This document shows positions 1 to 8,540 of a stretch of DNA of 64,000 nt, in pieces; positions within the stretch are counted from its first letter, which is position 1, and every line of letters begins with the position of its first letter. Source of the stretch: Elusimicrobiales bacterium (lineage in GTDB: Bacteria > Elusimicrobiota > Elusimicrobia > Elusimicrobiales > UBA9959); contig DAOPZW010000001.1 in the NCBI GenBank assembly GCA_035353595.1, positions 1,099-65,098 of the forward strand, read 5' to 3'. The notes beneath the pieces are model-generated. The model saw only the letters and a list, made by a program, of their open reading frames with translations, had not been told where the DNA came from and did not search any database. Made by a program: the position numbers and the translations under genes.

Positions 1-17
1 GTAAAAAGGGGGGGGCG

Positions 18-1481
18 ATGGAGAACAAGAAACTTACCACCAACGCCGGCGCGCCGGTGGCGGACAACCAGAACATACTGACGGCGGGCCGGCGCGGGCC
101 GGCGCTGCTGCAGGACGTGTGGTTCCTGGAGAAACTGGGTCATTTCGACCGCGAGGTGATCCCGGAGCGGCGCATGCACGCCAAGGGCTCCGGGGCCTAC
201 GGGACTTTTACCGCTACGCGCGAGCTGGGTAAATACAGCCGGGCCAGGCTCTTCGCCAAAGCCGGCAAGAAGACCGAAGTGTTCGCGCGCTTCTCCACGG
301 TGGCCGGCGAACGCGGCGCCGCCGACGCCGAGCGCGACATACGCGGTTTCGCGCTGAAGTTCTATACCGAGGAGGGCAACTGGGACCTGGTGGGCAATAA
401 TACGCCGGTGTTCTTCCTGCGCGACCCGCTGAAGTTCCCCGACCTGAACCACGCCGTGAAGCGCGACCCGCGCACCAACCTGCGCAGCGCGCGCAATAAC
501 TGGGACTTCTGGAGCTCCCTGCCCGAGGCGCTGCACCAGGTGACCATCACCATGAGCGACCGCGGCATCCCGTTCTCCTACCGGCACATGCACGGCTTCG
601 GCAGCCATACCTTCAGCCTGATCAACGCGGCCAATGAAAGGTTCTGGGTGAAGTTCCACCTGGTGACCTGGCAGGGGATAAAGAACCTCACCGACGCCGA
701 AGCCGCGGTGCTGGCCGGCAGGGACCGCGACAGCCACCAGCGCGACCTCTACGAGAGCATAGAGCGCCGGGACTTTCCCCGGTGGACCATGTACGTGCAG
801 GTTATGCCGGAGGCGGACGCGGCGCGGCTGCCGTATAACCCGTTCGACCTGACCAAGGTCTGGCTGCACAAGGATTGCCCGCTGCAGGAAGTGGGGGTGC
901 TGGAGCTCAACCGCAACCCGGAGAATTATTTCGCCGAGGTGGAGCAGTCGGCCTTCAACCCCGCCAATATCGTGCCGGGCATAGGGTTTTCGCCGGACAA
1001 GATGCTGCAGGGGCGGCTGTTCGCCTACGGCGACGCGCAGCGCTACCGCCTGGGCGTCAACCACCACCTGATACCGGTGAACGCGGCGCGCTGCCCCTTC
1101 CACAGCTATCACCGCGACGGGGCCATGCGGGTGGACGGCAACCACGGCGGCGCGCCGGGCTATGAGCCCAACAGCCGCGGGGAATGGGCCGGGCAGCCGG
1201 GCGCGGCGGAACCGCCGCTGGAGATAGGCGGGCTGGCGGCGCATTGGGACCACCGCGAGGATACGGATTACTACAGCCAGCCGGGCAGGCTGTTCAACCT
1301 GATGAAGCCCGGGCAGCGGCAGGCGCTGTTCGAGAACACCGCCCGCGCGCTGGGCGACGCCCCCGGGGAAATTAAGCTGCGCCATATAGGCAACTGCCGG
1401 AAAGCCGACCCGGCTTACGGCGCGGGCGTGGGCGCGGCGCTGGGGATGCCGATGGGGGAACTGGCGAAAGCGGGAAAATAG
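18..1481 (+). CDS. katA: Monofunctional haem catalase
   Basis: 487-aa ORF. Catalase motifs are readable in the translation: '[22 protein letters not shown]', '[43 protein letters not shown]', and the proximal Tyr region '[15 protein letters not shown]'. Confidence 0.95.
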   Translation: MENKKLTTNAGAPVADNQNILTAGRRGPALLQDVWFLEKLGHFDREVIPERRMHAKGSGAYGTFTATRELGKYSRARLFAKAGKKTEVFARFSTVAGERGAADAERDIRGFALKFYTEEGNWDLVGNNTPVFFLRDPLKFPDLNHAVKRDPRTNLRSARNNWDFWSSLPEALHQVTITMSDRGIPFSYRHMHGFGSHTFSLINAANERFWVKFHLVTWQGIKNLTDAEAAVLAGRDRDSHQRDLYESIERRDFPRWTMYVQVMPEADAARLPYNPFDLTKVWLHKDCPLQEVGVLELNRNPENYFAEVEQSAFNPANIVPGIGFSPDKMLQGRLFAYGDAQRYRLGVNHHLIPVNAARCPFHSYHRDGAMRVDGNHGGAPGYEPNSRGEWAGQPGAAEPPLEIGGLAAHWDHREDTDYYSQPGRLFNLMKPGQRQALFENTARALGDAPGEIKLRHIGNCRKADPAYGAGVGAALGMPMGELAKAGK

Positions 1482-1591
1482 TAGCTTGTTCTTGAGCGGG
1501 GGGATACAGGACGGAAAAATGGCGGAGCTGCGGGCGAGCGTCCGAACGCGGGGTCTTTAATTCAACCCCGCGCCCGGGCCGGGAGGCTTTT

Positions 1592-1771
1592 TCAGTTCAC
1601 GGCCTCCAGTTCCGCCAGCGTTTTCGTTATTTCGGCCGCCGCGGCCTTCATCAGGGCCAGCATTTCTTTTTTTTCAGGGGCGGAGCAGTCCTTGTAAAGC
1701 TCGGCGGCGCTCTTGAGGCTGGAGCATTTCGACCTCAGGTCGTGCAGCAGTTTGGAAGGGTCGGCGGTCAT
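1592..1771 (-). CDS. 59-aa helical His-containing protein (mini HPt-like), paralogue of 11955..12137
   Basis: Hand translation: MTADPSKLLHDLRSKCSSLKSAAELYKDCSAPEKKEMLALMKAAAAEITKTLAELEAVN. ATG at 1771 lies 9 nt after the regulator stop (1781) and is preceded by GGAG. Absent from the ORF track because it is under 60 aa. Aligns along its length with the 60-aa product of 11955..12137. Confidence 0.7.
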   Translation of the reverse strand: MTADPSKLLHDLRSKCSSLKSAAELYKDCSAPEKKEMLALMKAAAAEITKTLAELEAVN

Positions 1772-1780
1772 GCGGTCTCC

Positions 1781-3127
1781 TTAAATCTTGTCCCCGCTCT
1801 TTTTGAGCGTGGCGTAGAGCAGCCTGGTGGAGATCTTAAGGGCCGCCAGCGTTTTTGTGCGGCTGCCCTCGTTCTCGTCCAGGTTCCTTTTGATTATTTC
1901 CGCTGAAACTTTATCCAGCGCGGCTTCCAGGCCGTGGGCCAGCGCATAGGCGTAAAGGTCCTCGCCGGCGGGCCCCGCCGCGGGGCTGCCGGCGGGACCC
2001 GCCGCGCGGCCTTTCAAGTGCTTCTGCGCGGTCTCCAGGCTTACCCTGCCGCCGGGGCCGCCGGCCACCAGGTCCGTGAACTTCTTCAGTTCGCGGATAT
2101 TGCCGGGCCATGCATAGCTTCCCATGAATTCCCTGGCCTCGGGCGTGAAAGCCAGGCGCCGGCCGGTTTTGGTGAAGTGCAGCACCAGCGGGAAAATATC
2201 GCAGCGGCGGCGCGCCAGCGGCTTGAGCGTTATTGTATAGCCGTGCACGCGGTGGAACAGGTCGAAGCGCAGCTTGCCCTGCGCTATCAGCGCCTGCGGG
2301 TCTTCCAGCGTGGCGCTGATGATGCGGAACTCCGAGCGCTCCGGCTTTTCCGAGCCCAGCGGGTAGAAGGAGCGCTCCTCCAGCGCCTTGAGCAGCTTGG
2401 TCTGCATGTTCAGGCTCATGGCGCCTATCTCGTCGAGGAATAGCGTGCCTTTGTGCGCTTCCAGCAGGCGGCCTTTGCGCGCTTCGGAGGCGCCGGTGAA
2501 AGCGCCTTTCTTGTAGCCGAACAGTTCCGCTTCCAGCAGGTCTTCGGAATAGGCCGAGCAGTTGATGGCCACGAAAGCGCCGTCCCGCCCGGAATGCTCG
2601 TGCAGGATCTTGGCCAGAGAGGTTTTGCCGGTGCCGGAGGGGCCCAGGATCACGATGGGCAGCTCGGTGGGCGCGTATTTGAGCGCCTCGGCGGCCGCGG
2701 CCTTCGTTTCCGGGTCCTGGGTGATGAAAGCGTCCGCGAAGATGTCGGCGGCGCCGGCGGCTTTGCGGTGCTGCAGGAATTTCTGCAGGATGTCCGCCAC
2801 GTTGCGCTCTTCGTTGCCCTTGGCGTAGAAGTCGCCCGCGCCCGCCTCGTAGGCCTTGTCTATCATCTCGTCGGAATCGGAGCTGGACACCACCACGGCG
2901 TAGAGCCCTTTGTCCACGGCCCGCGGGATCGCCTTGAGGCCGGAGTAATCGTCGCCGGGGCCCAGCATCAGGTCGAAGAAGCCCAGGTCGTAGCGCCCGG
3001 TCTCCAGTTTTTTCAGGGCGGTCTTAAGGTCGCCCGCCAGGTCCACGTTGTGCGCGGCCAGCTGCGCGGCCATAACTTTCTGGGCCAGCTTGTCGTCTTC
3101 CACCACCAGGATATTCAGCTTTTCCAT
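1781..3127 (-). CDS. Sigma-54-dependent response regulator (REC + AAA+ + Fis-type HTH), here 'EBP1'
   Basis: REC domain ('LNILVVEDD', 'FFDLML'), Walker A 'GPSGTGKT', sigma-54 contact loop 'GAFTGA', 'WPGNIRELK', C-terminal HTH. The likely start is MEKLNILVVEDD at 3127, not the ORF-track start at 3157. Confidence 0.92.
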   Translation of the reverse strand: MEKLNILVVEDDKLAQKVMAAQLAAHNVDLAGDLKTALKKLETGRYDLGFFDLMLGPGDDYSGLKAIPRAVDKGLYAVVVSSSDSDEMIDKAYEAGAGDFYAKGNEERNVADILQKFLQHRKAAGAADIFADAFITQDPETKAAAAEALKYAPTELPIVILGPSGTGKTSLAKILHEHSGRDGAFVAINCSAYSEDLLEAELFGYKKGAFTGASEARKGRLLEAHKGTLFLDEIGAMSLNMQTKLLKALEERSFYPLGSEKPERSEFRIISATLEDPQALIAQGKLRFDLFHRVHGYTITLKPLARRRCDIFPLVLHFTKTGRRLAFTPEAREFMGSYAWPGNIRELKKFTDLVAGGPGGRVSLETAQKHLKGRAAGPAGSPAAGPAGEDLYAYALAHGLEAALDKVSAEIIKRNLDENEGSRTKTLAALKISTRLLYATLKKSGDKI

Positions 3128-3146
3128 AGATTCTCTTTTGAGAAGA

Positions 3147-3168
3147 AATATTTTCAAATGAAAATGTT
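3147..3168. promoter_or_regulatory. Palindromic upstream activator site AATATTTTCA-AA-TGAAAATGTT
   Basis: 22-bp near-perfect inverted repeat in the divergent EBP1/RpoN-like intergenic region, about 90 bp upstream of the -24/-12 promoter at 3251. The same core recurs at 4428 and at 57680/57700. Confidence 0.6.
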
Positions 3169-3250
3169 AACCCTTGGAACTATTATACAGAAGTTGCGGG
3201 TATAGTGTATCTCCTATAGAAAAACGGTGGCGCGGGTGCCGCCTGTTTTT

Positions 3251-3266
3251 TGGCATAAAAATTGCT
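3251..3266 (+). promoter_or_regulatory. Sigma-54 (-24/-12) promoter TGGCAT-AAAAA-TTGCT
   Basis: Matches the TGGCAC-N5-TTGCW consensus with correct GG/GC spacing. Nearly identical to the sites at 4525, 57799 and 10397 (minus strand). Confidence 0.75.
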
Positions 3267-3310
3267 CTGCTGCGGGTACAATGACTATAATATGCCTTGA
3301 GAGAAAAACT

Positions 3311-4390
3311 ATGACAAGATCTTACCGCACAGGGCTGCACCACGTGACCGGGGCAAAAACTTCCGCCTCCGTAATGGGCGCCGTTAAAATGGGCCAGCTG
3401 GCCGCCATGAGCGAGGAGGAATTCGAGAAAAGCCTGCTCGAGATGGAGAGCGGCCGCACTTTCCAGCTGCTCAAGGCCTCCGGCGCCGTGAACCTGGCCG
3501 AATTCCCGTCGGCGCGCTACGCCGCGCGCAAATACGCGGGCTACGGTCTTAAACTTTCCGGCGGGGACCTGCCCGAACTGGCCGACGGCAAAGGCGACCT
3601 GGTGGCCCTGATCCAGGGAATCGGCCAGGAGAAGTTCGAAGCCTGCTTCCTTAAAGACGCCGCGATGAGCGACGTGGAGCGGGCCGAAGAGTGCGATATC
3701 AGCGTGGCCGACGCGCAGCGCCTGCGCGATTTTGTGAACCGGGCTTTCATCCAGGCCGAGTTCGAAGGCGCGGCCGAGGCGCCGGCGGCCAAAGTTTTCA
3801 GCGCGGTGGCCGGCATTGAACTTAATGACGGCGAGCCGCAGCTGGGCTTCTTCCACCGCGAGGTGTGGAAAGGCCGCTACAAGGTGGACGCCGAAAAGCT
3901 GGCGGCCCTGCTGCCGGGGCTGCCGCAGGCCGAGCAGAACCGCGTGGAGAAGCTGCTGCGCAAGCTGGAATTCGCCGACAAGCGCAAGACCACGCTGTAC
4001 CGCGCGCTGGAGATCCTGATCAGCGTCCAGGCCGAGTACCTGGCCACCGGCGAGGCCGGCCGCCGCCGTCCGCTGTCGCAGCGGACCATGGCTAAAAACC
4101 TGGATGTGGACGCCAGCGTGTTCAACCGCCTGATCTCCAATAAATCGATACAGATGCCCTGGGGCATGGAAGCGCCCATGAGCGCGCTGCTGCCCAGCCC
4201 CAAGAAAGTGAACATAGACCGGCTTTATGAGATCGCGTCCGAAAAACCCGAGCTCAGCGACGAGGCCCTGCGCACCGAACTGAAGACGCGCCACGGCATA
4301 GCCCTTTCGCGGCGCTCGGTGGCGCAATACCGCAAGGATCTCGGCCTGCAGTCCGGCGGCCGGCGCGCGCCCGAAGCGGCGCAAGAGTGA
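3311..4390 (+). CDS. Short, divergent sigma-54 (RpoN)-like factor
   Basis: Collinear with the RpoN C-terminal two-thirds: 'KRKTTLYRALEILISVQAEYL', HTH 'PLSQRTMAKNLDVDASVFNRLISNKSIQMPWG', RpoN box 'IALSRRSVAQYRKDLGL'. About 360 aa, against roughly 480 for typical RpoN. Start is uncertain (ATG 3281 or 3311). The ORF-track start at 3227 lies upstream of the predicted promoter. Confidence 0.75.
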   Translation: MTRSYRTGLHHVTGAKTSASVMGAVKMGQLAAMSEEEFEKSLLEMESGRTFQLLKASGAVNLAEFPSARYAARKYAGYGLKLSGGDLPELADGKGDLVALIQGIGQEKFEACFLKDAAMSDVERAEECDISVADAQRLRDFVNRAFIQAEFEGAAEAPAAKVFSAVAGIELNDGEPQLGFFHREVWKGRYKVDAEKLAALLPGLPQAEQNRVEKLLRKLEFADKRKTTLYRALEILISVQAEYLATGEAGRRRPLSQRTMAKNLDVDASVFNRLISNKSIQMPWGMEAPMSALLPSPKKVNIDRLYEIASEKPELSDEALRTELKTRHGIALSRRSVAQYRKDLGLQSGGRRAPEAAQE

Positions 4391-4409
4391 CCGGCCTTGA
4401 GCCGCCATA

Positions 4410-4441
4410 TTTTCATGCGAGAATATATTTTCAAATGAAAA
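4410..4441. promoter_or_regulatory. Upstream activator sites (TTTTCA-TG-CGAGAA degenerate copy plus TTTTCA-AA-TGAAAA)
   Basis: Full palindrome at 4428..4441, degenerate copy at 4410..4423, and an extra TGAAAA half-site at 4494..4499. All lie upstream of the -24/-12 promoter at 4525. Confidence 0.55.
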
Positions 4442-4524
4442 CATTTGCGTTCAAACCTGTTGCGGTCTTGCCTCTCCCAAACAGTTCCTCAAATGAAAAC
4501 CGGGCGGCTCCTGGTGATCCCCGG

Positions 4525-4540
4525 TGGCATAATTATTGCT
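4525..4540 (+). promoter_or_regulatory. Sigma-54 (-24/-12) promoter TGGCAT-AATTA-TTGCT
   Basis: Consensus GG/GC spacing. Followed by TCT, as at the other sites. Confidence 0.75.
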
Positions 4541-4647
4541 CTATATAGGGTGTGGCCGGGTTCCGTCGGGAGGTTCAGCGGGTAGGGCGGGACCCGGTCC
4601 CTAAATTTTGAGATGAAGGTAAAAGGCCTTAAGGCCGGCAAGAGAGT

Positions 4648-4740
4648 ATGGAATACCTGTTCGACATAGGATACTCATTTATTATCGCGGTCCTGGCCGT
4701 TGTCTATATTTCTTCCGTCCTGGTTGAGGGCGGCGTTTGA
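4648..4740 (+). CDS. Possible 30-aa hydrophobic micro-ORF in the leader of the DUF4097 operon
   Basis: Hand translation MEYLFDIGYSFIIAVLAVVYISSVLVEGGV. Lies between the sigma-54 promoter and the 4776 start. The RBS is weak (AAGAGAG directly abutting the ATG). Confidence 0.25.
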   Translation: MEYLFDIGYSFIIAVLAVVYISSVLVEGGV

Positions 4741-4775
4741 GCAGCTGGTTGATAAATCTTCAGAGGGAGAATAAA

Positions 4776-5597
4776 ATGAAAATACTGGCATCACTGGCGG
4801 TCATCTGCTTAGTTCCGGCAACAGCCGTTTATTGCGCGGCTCCGGAAATAAAAACTTTTCCCGCGGCGGGGATACAAAGTCTGCGCGTTGAAACCGGGGC
4901 CGGGGACATCCTTGTGGAGGGCGCGCCGGGGGACATACGGGTGGAGGTTACCGGCGAGGAGCCCGGCAAATGCCTGCTGACGATGAAGGCCGAAGCCGGT
5001 ATCTTTCTCGTCCGGGCCGAGGACGATCCCGCGGCCGCGACAAAACGCGGGTTCTGGCGCTCCCTTTTCGGCGGTTTTCACGGCGAGAATGGCTGCCAGG
5101 CGGGCTTTAAGGTTTCGGCGCCGGCGGCCCTGCCGCTCAGCGCGGCCAACGGCTCGGGCGAAATTTATATCAGCGGCCGCGACGGCGACGTGAGCGCCGG
5201 CAACGGCAGCGGCCATATCAAGGCGGAAAAAATCACGGGCAACCTGGACGTCAAGAACGGCTCGGGCGGCCTCTCCGGCGCCGGCTGCCCGAAAAGCCTG
5301 CGCGCGCGCACCGGTTCCGGCGGCATAACTTTCACCGGCCTTTGCGGGCCGGTCAACGCCGCCGCCGGCAGCGGCAATATCGAACTGAAATGGACGGGCG
5401 TTCCCCCCGCGGGCGAAGTGAGCGCGCGCACCGGTTCCGGGGATATCACCATGGTGTTCCCGCCTTCCGCCGCCATAGCCGCCAAGCTCGATAACGGTTC
5501 GGGCTCGATACGCAACGATTTCGTAAACGGCGGCAAATTTCCGGTGTCGGCCGGGGCCGGTTCCGGAAATATTTCCCTGCTCAAGGCCGTGAAGTAA
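4776..5597 (+). CDS. DUF4097-like beta-strand-repeat protein with signal peptide
   Basis: Starts MKILASLAVICLVPATAVYCA (signal-like). Reiterated 'GSG.I' strand repeats (NGSGEIYI, NGSGHIKA, TGSGGITF, AGSGNIEL, TGSGDITM, NGSGSIRN, AGSGNISL), typical of DUF4097 putative adhesins. Confidence 0.55.
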   Translation: MKILASLAVICLVPATAVYCAAPEIKTFPAAGIQSLRVETGAGDILVEGAPGDIRVEVTGEEPGKCLLTMKAEAGIFLVRAEDDPAAATKRGFWRSLFGGFHGENGCQAGFKVSAPAALPLSAANGSGEIYISGRDGDVSAGNGSGHIKAEKITGNLDVKNGSGGLSGAGCPKSLRARTGSGGITFTGLCGPVNAAAGSGNIELKWTGVPPAGEVSARTGSGDITMVFPPSAAIAAKLDNGSGSIRNDFVNGGKFPVSAGAGSGNISLLKAVK

Positions 5598-5634
5598 TTA
5601 AAAAACACAATTCAGCGGTTATTAAGGAGAAAAA

Positions 5635-6039
5635 ATGAAAATAAATATGAAACTGTTCGCGGGCGCGGCGCTGCTGGCCGCAGTGTGCGGGTTCGCGGCC
5701 TGCTCCAGGGGCGTGAGCAGTGTAAAGATCGTGTCCATCTCCCCGGATACTACCGTTAACCTGGCGGTGGGCGCCACGGTAGAACTGGAAGTGGCGGTGG
5801 CCTACGAGCTGAAGGAAAAAGAAGGCGCCATCTCGCTGGTGGTGCAGAAACAGGACAATTCTCCGATAGCCGACCTGCGTGAAAAGATCCTGAGCGGCAA
5901 GGGGACGTATACCTTCAAACAGAAATTCGTCGTGCCCGACACACACGCTGTTTCCGTTTCCGTGCCGCTGTTCGCCGATAACGCGGTAAAGACCGAGATA
6001 GTCGACCACCGGCTCTACGGCGTGGCAAAGAAGAAATAA
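5635..6039 (+). CDS. Lipoprotein, unknown function
   Basis: 134 aa. Lipobox 'GFAAC' after a hydrophobic signal. GGAG RBS upstream. Confidence 0.6.
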   Translation: MKINMKLFAGAALLAAVCGFAACSRGVSSVKIVSISPDTTVNLAVGATVELEVAVAYELKEKEGAISLVVQKQDNSPIADLREKILSGKGTYTFKQKFVVPDTHAVSVSVPLFADNAVKTEIVDHRLYGVAKKK

Positions 6040-6067
6040 GCGCGGTTGAGGCGGGCGGCGCAAAAAG

Positions 6068-6099
6068 AGGCGCCCCGTAAAAACGGGGCGCCTGTTTTT
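6068..6099. terminator. Bidirectional rho-independent terminator (repeat copy)
   Basis: AGGCGCCCCG-taaaaa-CGGGGCGCCT stem-loop, flanked by an A-run on one side and a T-run on the other. Confidence 0.7.
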
Positions 6100-6117
6100 A
6101 TTTCGCCGGGTCTTGCG

Positions 6118-6648
<531 letters not shown>

Positions 6649-6985
6649 TTAAAGAGGGAAGGCGAACCGGCGCGGGTTGGAATCCGACAGCAGGTCGATG
6701 TGCTTAAGCGGAGATCGGCCACGGCGGGCATTTTGAGCCGTTCCCGAGCGATATATATAGGGGGGATTTTTGGGGAGTCTCGCCGGTGTCCCTTAAAAAC
6801 AAAGAGGAGTTCCCGCTATGGAAAACCAGGATTCGGTAGTAAAAATCTATAAGTATTAGGGCTTACTGATCCCGATAGGCTTTAAGAAATAAGTATAGCG
6901 GCTATATTAAGCGGGACCCGGTAGCTATAGCTTGTGTTTTGTAGTAAGCGGCCAACTGGCCCGATTTAGAGCAGGAGGATGCCGT

Positions 6986-7135
6986 ATGAAGATGAACGTA
7001 TCATTAAGTGCCACGGAGCTTTCAGCGCTTCTGGTTGTTGTTGCTGTGGTGGTCGTTTATATCGTTGCCCCCGAGCGGGCAGACGTTGTGGCGCGGGTTT
7101 GGGTGGACGTGCTGCTCTTGGCCAGGACAAGGTAG
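6986..7135 (+). CDS. 49-aa hydrophobic small protein
   Basis: Strong RBS AGGAGG 8 nt before the ATG at 6986. MKMNVSLSATELSALLVVVAVVVVYIVAPERADVVARVWVDVLLLARTR has one predicted TM helix. Confidence 0.4.
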   Translation: MKMNVSLSATELSALLVVVAVVVVYIVAPERADVVARVWVDVLLLARTR

Positions 7136-7181
7136 CATGAATTGTTGTAGGCCGGGTGGTAACGCCTGTGTGGAAGGCGAA

Positions 7182-7361
7182 CTAGTTGTTCCTGTCTCTT
7201 TTTTGAGAAGAACGGGCCTCGAAACTTTTACCTTGTGTTAATGTGGCTTTCCATCCTTTAGGCGGCGGCCATGGTACACCCCATTCAGAAAGTTGCTTTT
7301 TCGTCCATCCTCCGTTGGCGGTACGAGCTTTTTCGATTTCATCAAGTGAAGGAATTTTCAT
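7182..7361 (-). CDS. 59-aa hypothetical protein with a 'GGWTKKQLSEWGVPWPPPKGWK' motif
   Basis: GAGGTGG RBS 6 nt before the internal ATG at 7361. The Trp/Pro-rich motif looks like a conserved small domain that I cannot name. Confidence 0.4.
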   Translation of the reverse strand: MKIPSLDEIEKARTANGGWTKKQLSEWGVPWPPPKGWKATLTQGKSFEARSSQKRDRNN

Positions 7362-7431
7362 AAAAACCACCTCGGAGCCCTTCATAAACGGATTTCCGCC
7401 TGAAAGGCGAACTACAGCTAAAGATGCGAGT

Positions 7432-8013
7432 TTACCGATTCAACGAATTCCCGCGACTCGCTTCGTCACGGAGCGCGGCCTGGAGTATTCTGTACACTTG
7501 TTTGTTTAGTTCGAAGGAATCCACGTCGATGGAATTTTTAGGAGAAGGAGTTCTACACACCGGACATTGCGGCAGAACCCGCATGATGCCGGTTCCGGGT
7601 ATCATGCCGGAACATTCCGCAAGGCAGTTTCTACACAATGGCCCTTTTATAAAGTCCTTAATATACGCCGGGGCGCAGTTATCGACAGGAGTTCTAAAAC
7701 CGTCATTGATAAAATGTGGGGAAATCTCCCAGTTGAAGTCGAGGAGCTTGATATATTTATGCCGCAGATTTCTGGTTTGATACCATCGGAAGACTCGTTT
7801 AATGTAGTCGCCCGCGCACCAGGCGGCTATGGCCCCGGCAATTACAAGGCCATATCCTTTTACTGGATGATTGTTCAGGGAGAATCCCAACACGCTTTGG
7901 GCGCTTTTCCGCAAGTAGAATAGAACAGATAATCCGAAAGCTCCAAGAAATAATCCAGCTGCCCAATCGACGGTTTTTTGGACCAACTGCCAAAACACTT
8001 GTTTAATATCCAT
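7432..8013 (-). CDS. Membrane protein with C-terminal Cys4 zinc-ribbon-like domain
   Basis: 193 aa. Two N-terminal hydrophobic helices, then 'CRNC...(19 aa)...CPVC'. No family recognised. Confidence 0.45.
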   Translation of the reverse strand: MDIKQVFWQLVQKTVDWAAGLFLGAFGLSVLFYLRKSAQSVLGFSLNNHPVKGYGLVIAGAIAAWCAGDYIKRVFRWYQTRNLRHKYIKLLDFNWEISPHFINDGFRTPVDNCAPAYIKDFIKGPLCRNCLAECSGMIPGTGIMRVLPQCPVCRTPSPKNSIDVDSFELNKQVYRILQAALRDEASRGNSLNR

Positions 8014-8037
8014 GGCTACATTTTGCCGGCGAAAAGC

Positions 8038-8304
8038 TCACTCATAATGGGTCCACATACGCAGCACTTTGACCGTGTGCTCGGGCTTGTAGACCTGGTA
8101 GACGAGGCGGTGCTTGATGTTAATGCGCCGCGAGTAGGCGCCGGCGAGGTCGCCGACGAGCCTTTCGTAGGGGGGAGGGTTCTGGAACGGGTTGGCGCGC
8201 AGAACGGCGAGCAGCGCCTCCGCGCGGGCGCGCAGGCCCGCGGCCTGGAGTTTTTTCGCGTCCTTGCAGGCGTCCCGCGTGAAGACGAGCTCCCAGCCTA
8301 CCAT
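8038..8304 (-). CDS. yoeB: YoeB/Txe-family type II toxin (mRNA interferase)
   Basis: 88 aa starting MVGWELVFTRDACKDAKKL, ending 'YSRRINIKHRLVYQVYKPEHTVKVLRMWTHYE', the YoeB signature. Overlaps the antitoxin stop by 7 nt. Confidence 0.85.
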   Translation of the reverse strand: MVGWELVFTRDACKDAKKLQAAGLRARAEALLAVLRANPFQNPPPYERLVGDLAGAYSRRINIKHRLVYQVYKPEHTVKVLRMWTHYE

Positions 8305-8540
8305 GGCAGCTTCTTGGCGCACTTTGAGACGGGGGTCTTCATGTTCTTGACCAGGGAGTCGCGCATGCCGGGAACAGACAGGAGGTAGAGCGTTTCCTGG
8401 ATGGCGTCCCAATCCTCGGCCGAGACGAGGACTGCGGCGGCGCGGCGGCCCTGGATCTGGACGGGGTGGTGGGTTGTCACGGCCGCGTCCACGAGGTGGA
8501 AGAGCTGGGCACGGGCCTGGCTGGTGGTTAGGGTTGTCAT
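8298..8540 (-). CDS. yefM: YefM/Phd-family antitoxin
   Basis: 80 aa. 'MTTLTTSQARAQLFHLVDAAVTTHHPVQIQGRRAAAVLVSAEDWDAIQETLYLLSVPGMRDSL' is the typical Phd/YefM fold sequence. The ORF-track N-terminal extension is rejected. Confidence 0.85.
   Translation of the reverse strand: MTTLTTSQARAQLFHLVDAAVTTHHPVQIQGRRAAAVLVSAEDWDAIQETLYLLSVPGMRDSLVKNMKTPVSKCAKKLPW

Noticed and set aside
1934-3205. Plus-strand ORFs 1934..2443 (169 aa), 2453..3205 (250 aa) and 2562..2828, antisense to the response regulator
   Set aside because: These are Arg/Ala/Gly-rich low-complexity translations, typical of shadow frames in high-GC DNA. The opposite strand encodes a protein with unambiguous AAA+/GAFTGA motifs.
3167-4444. 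425-aa minus-strand ORF covering the RpoN-like gene
   Set aside because: Shadow ORF with no recognisable motifs. It would run through both the sigma-54 promoter and the activator sites. The plus strand has clear RpoN-box homology.
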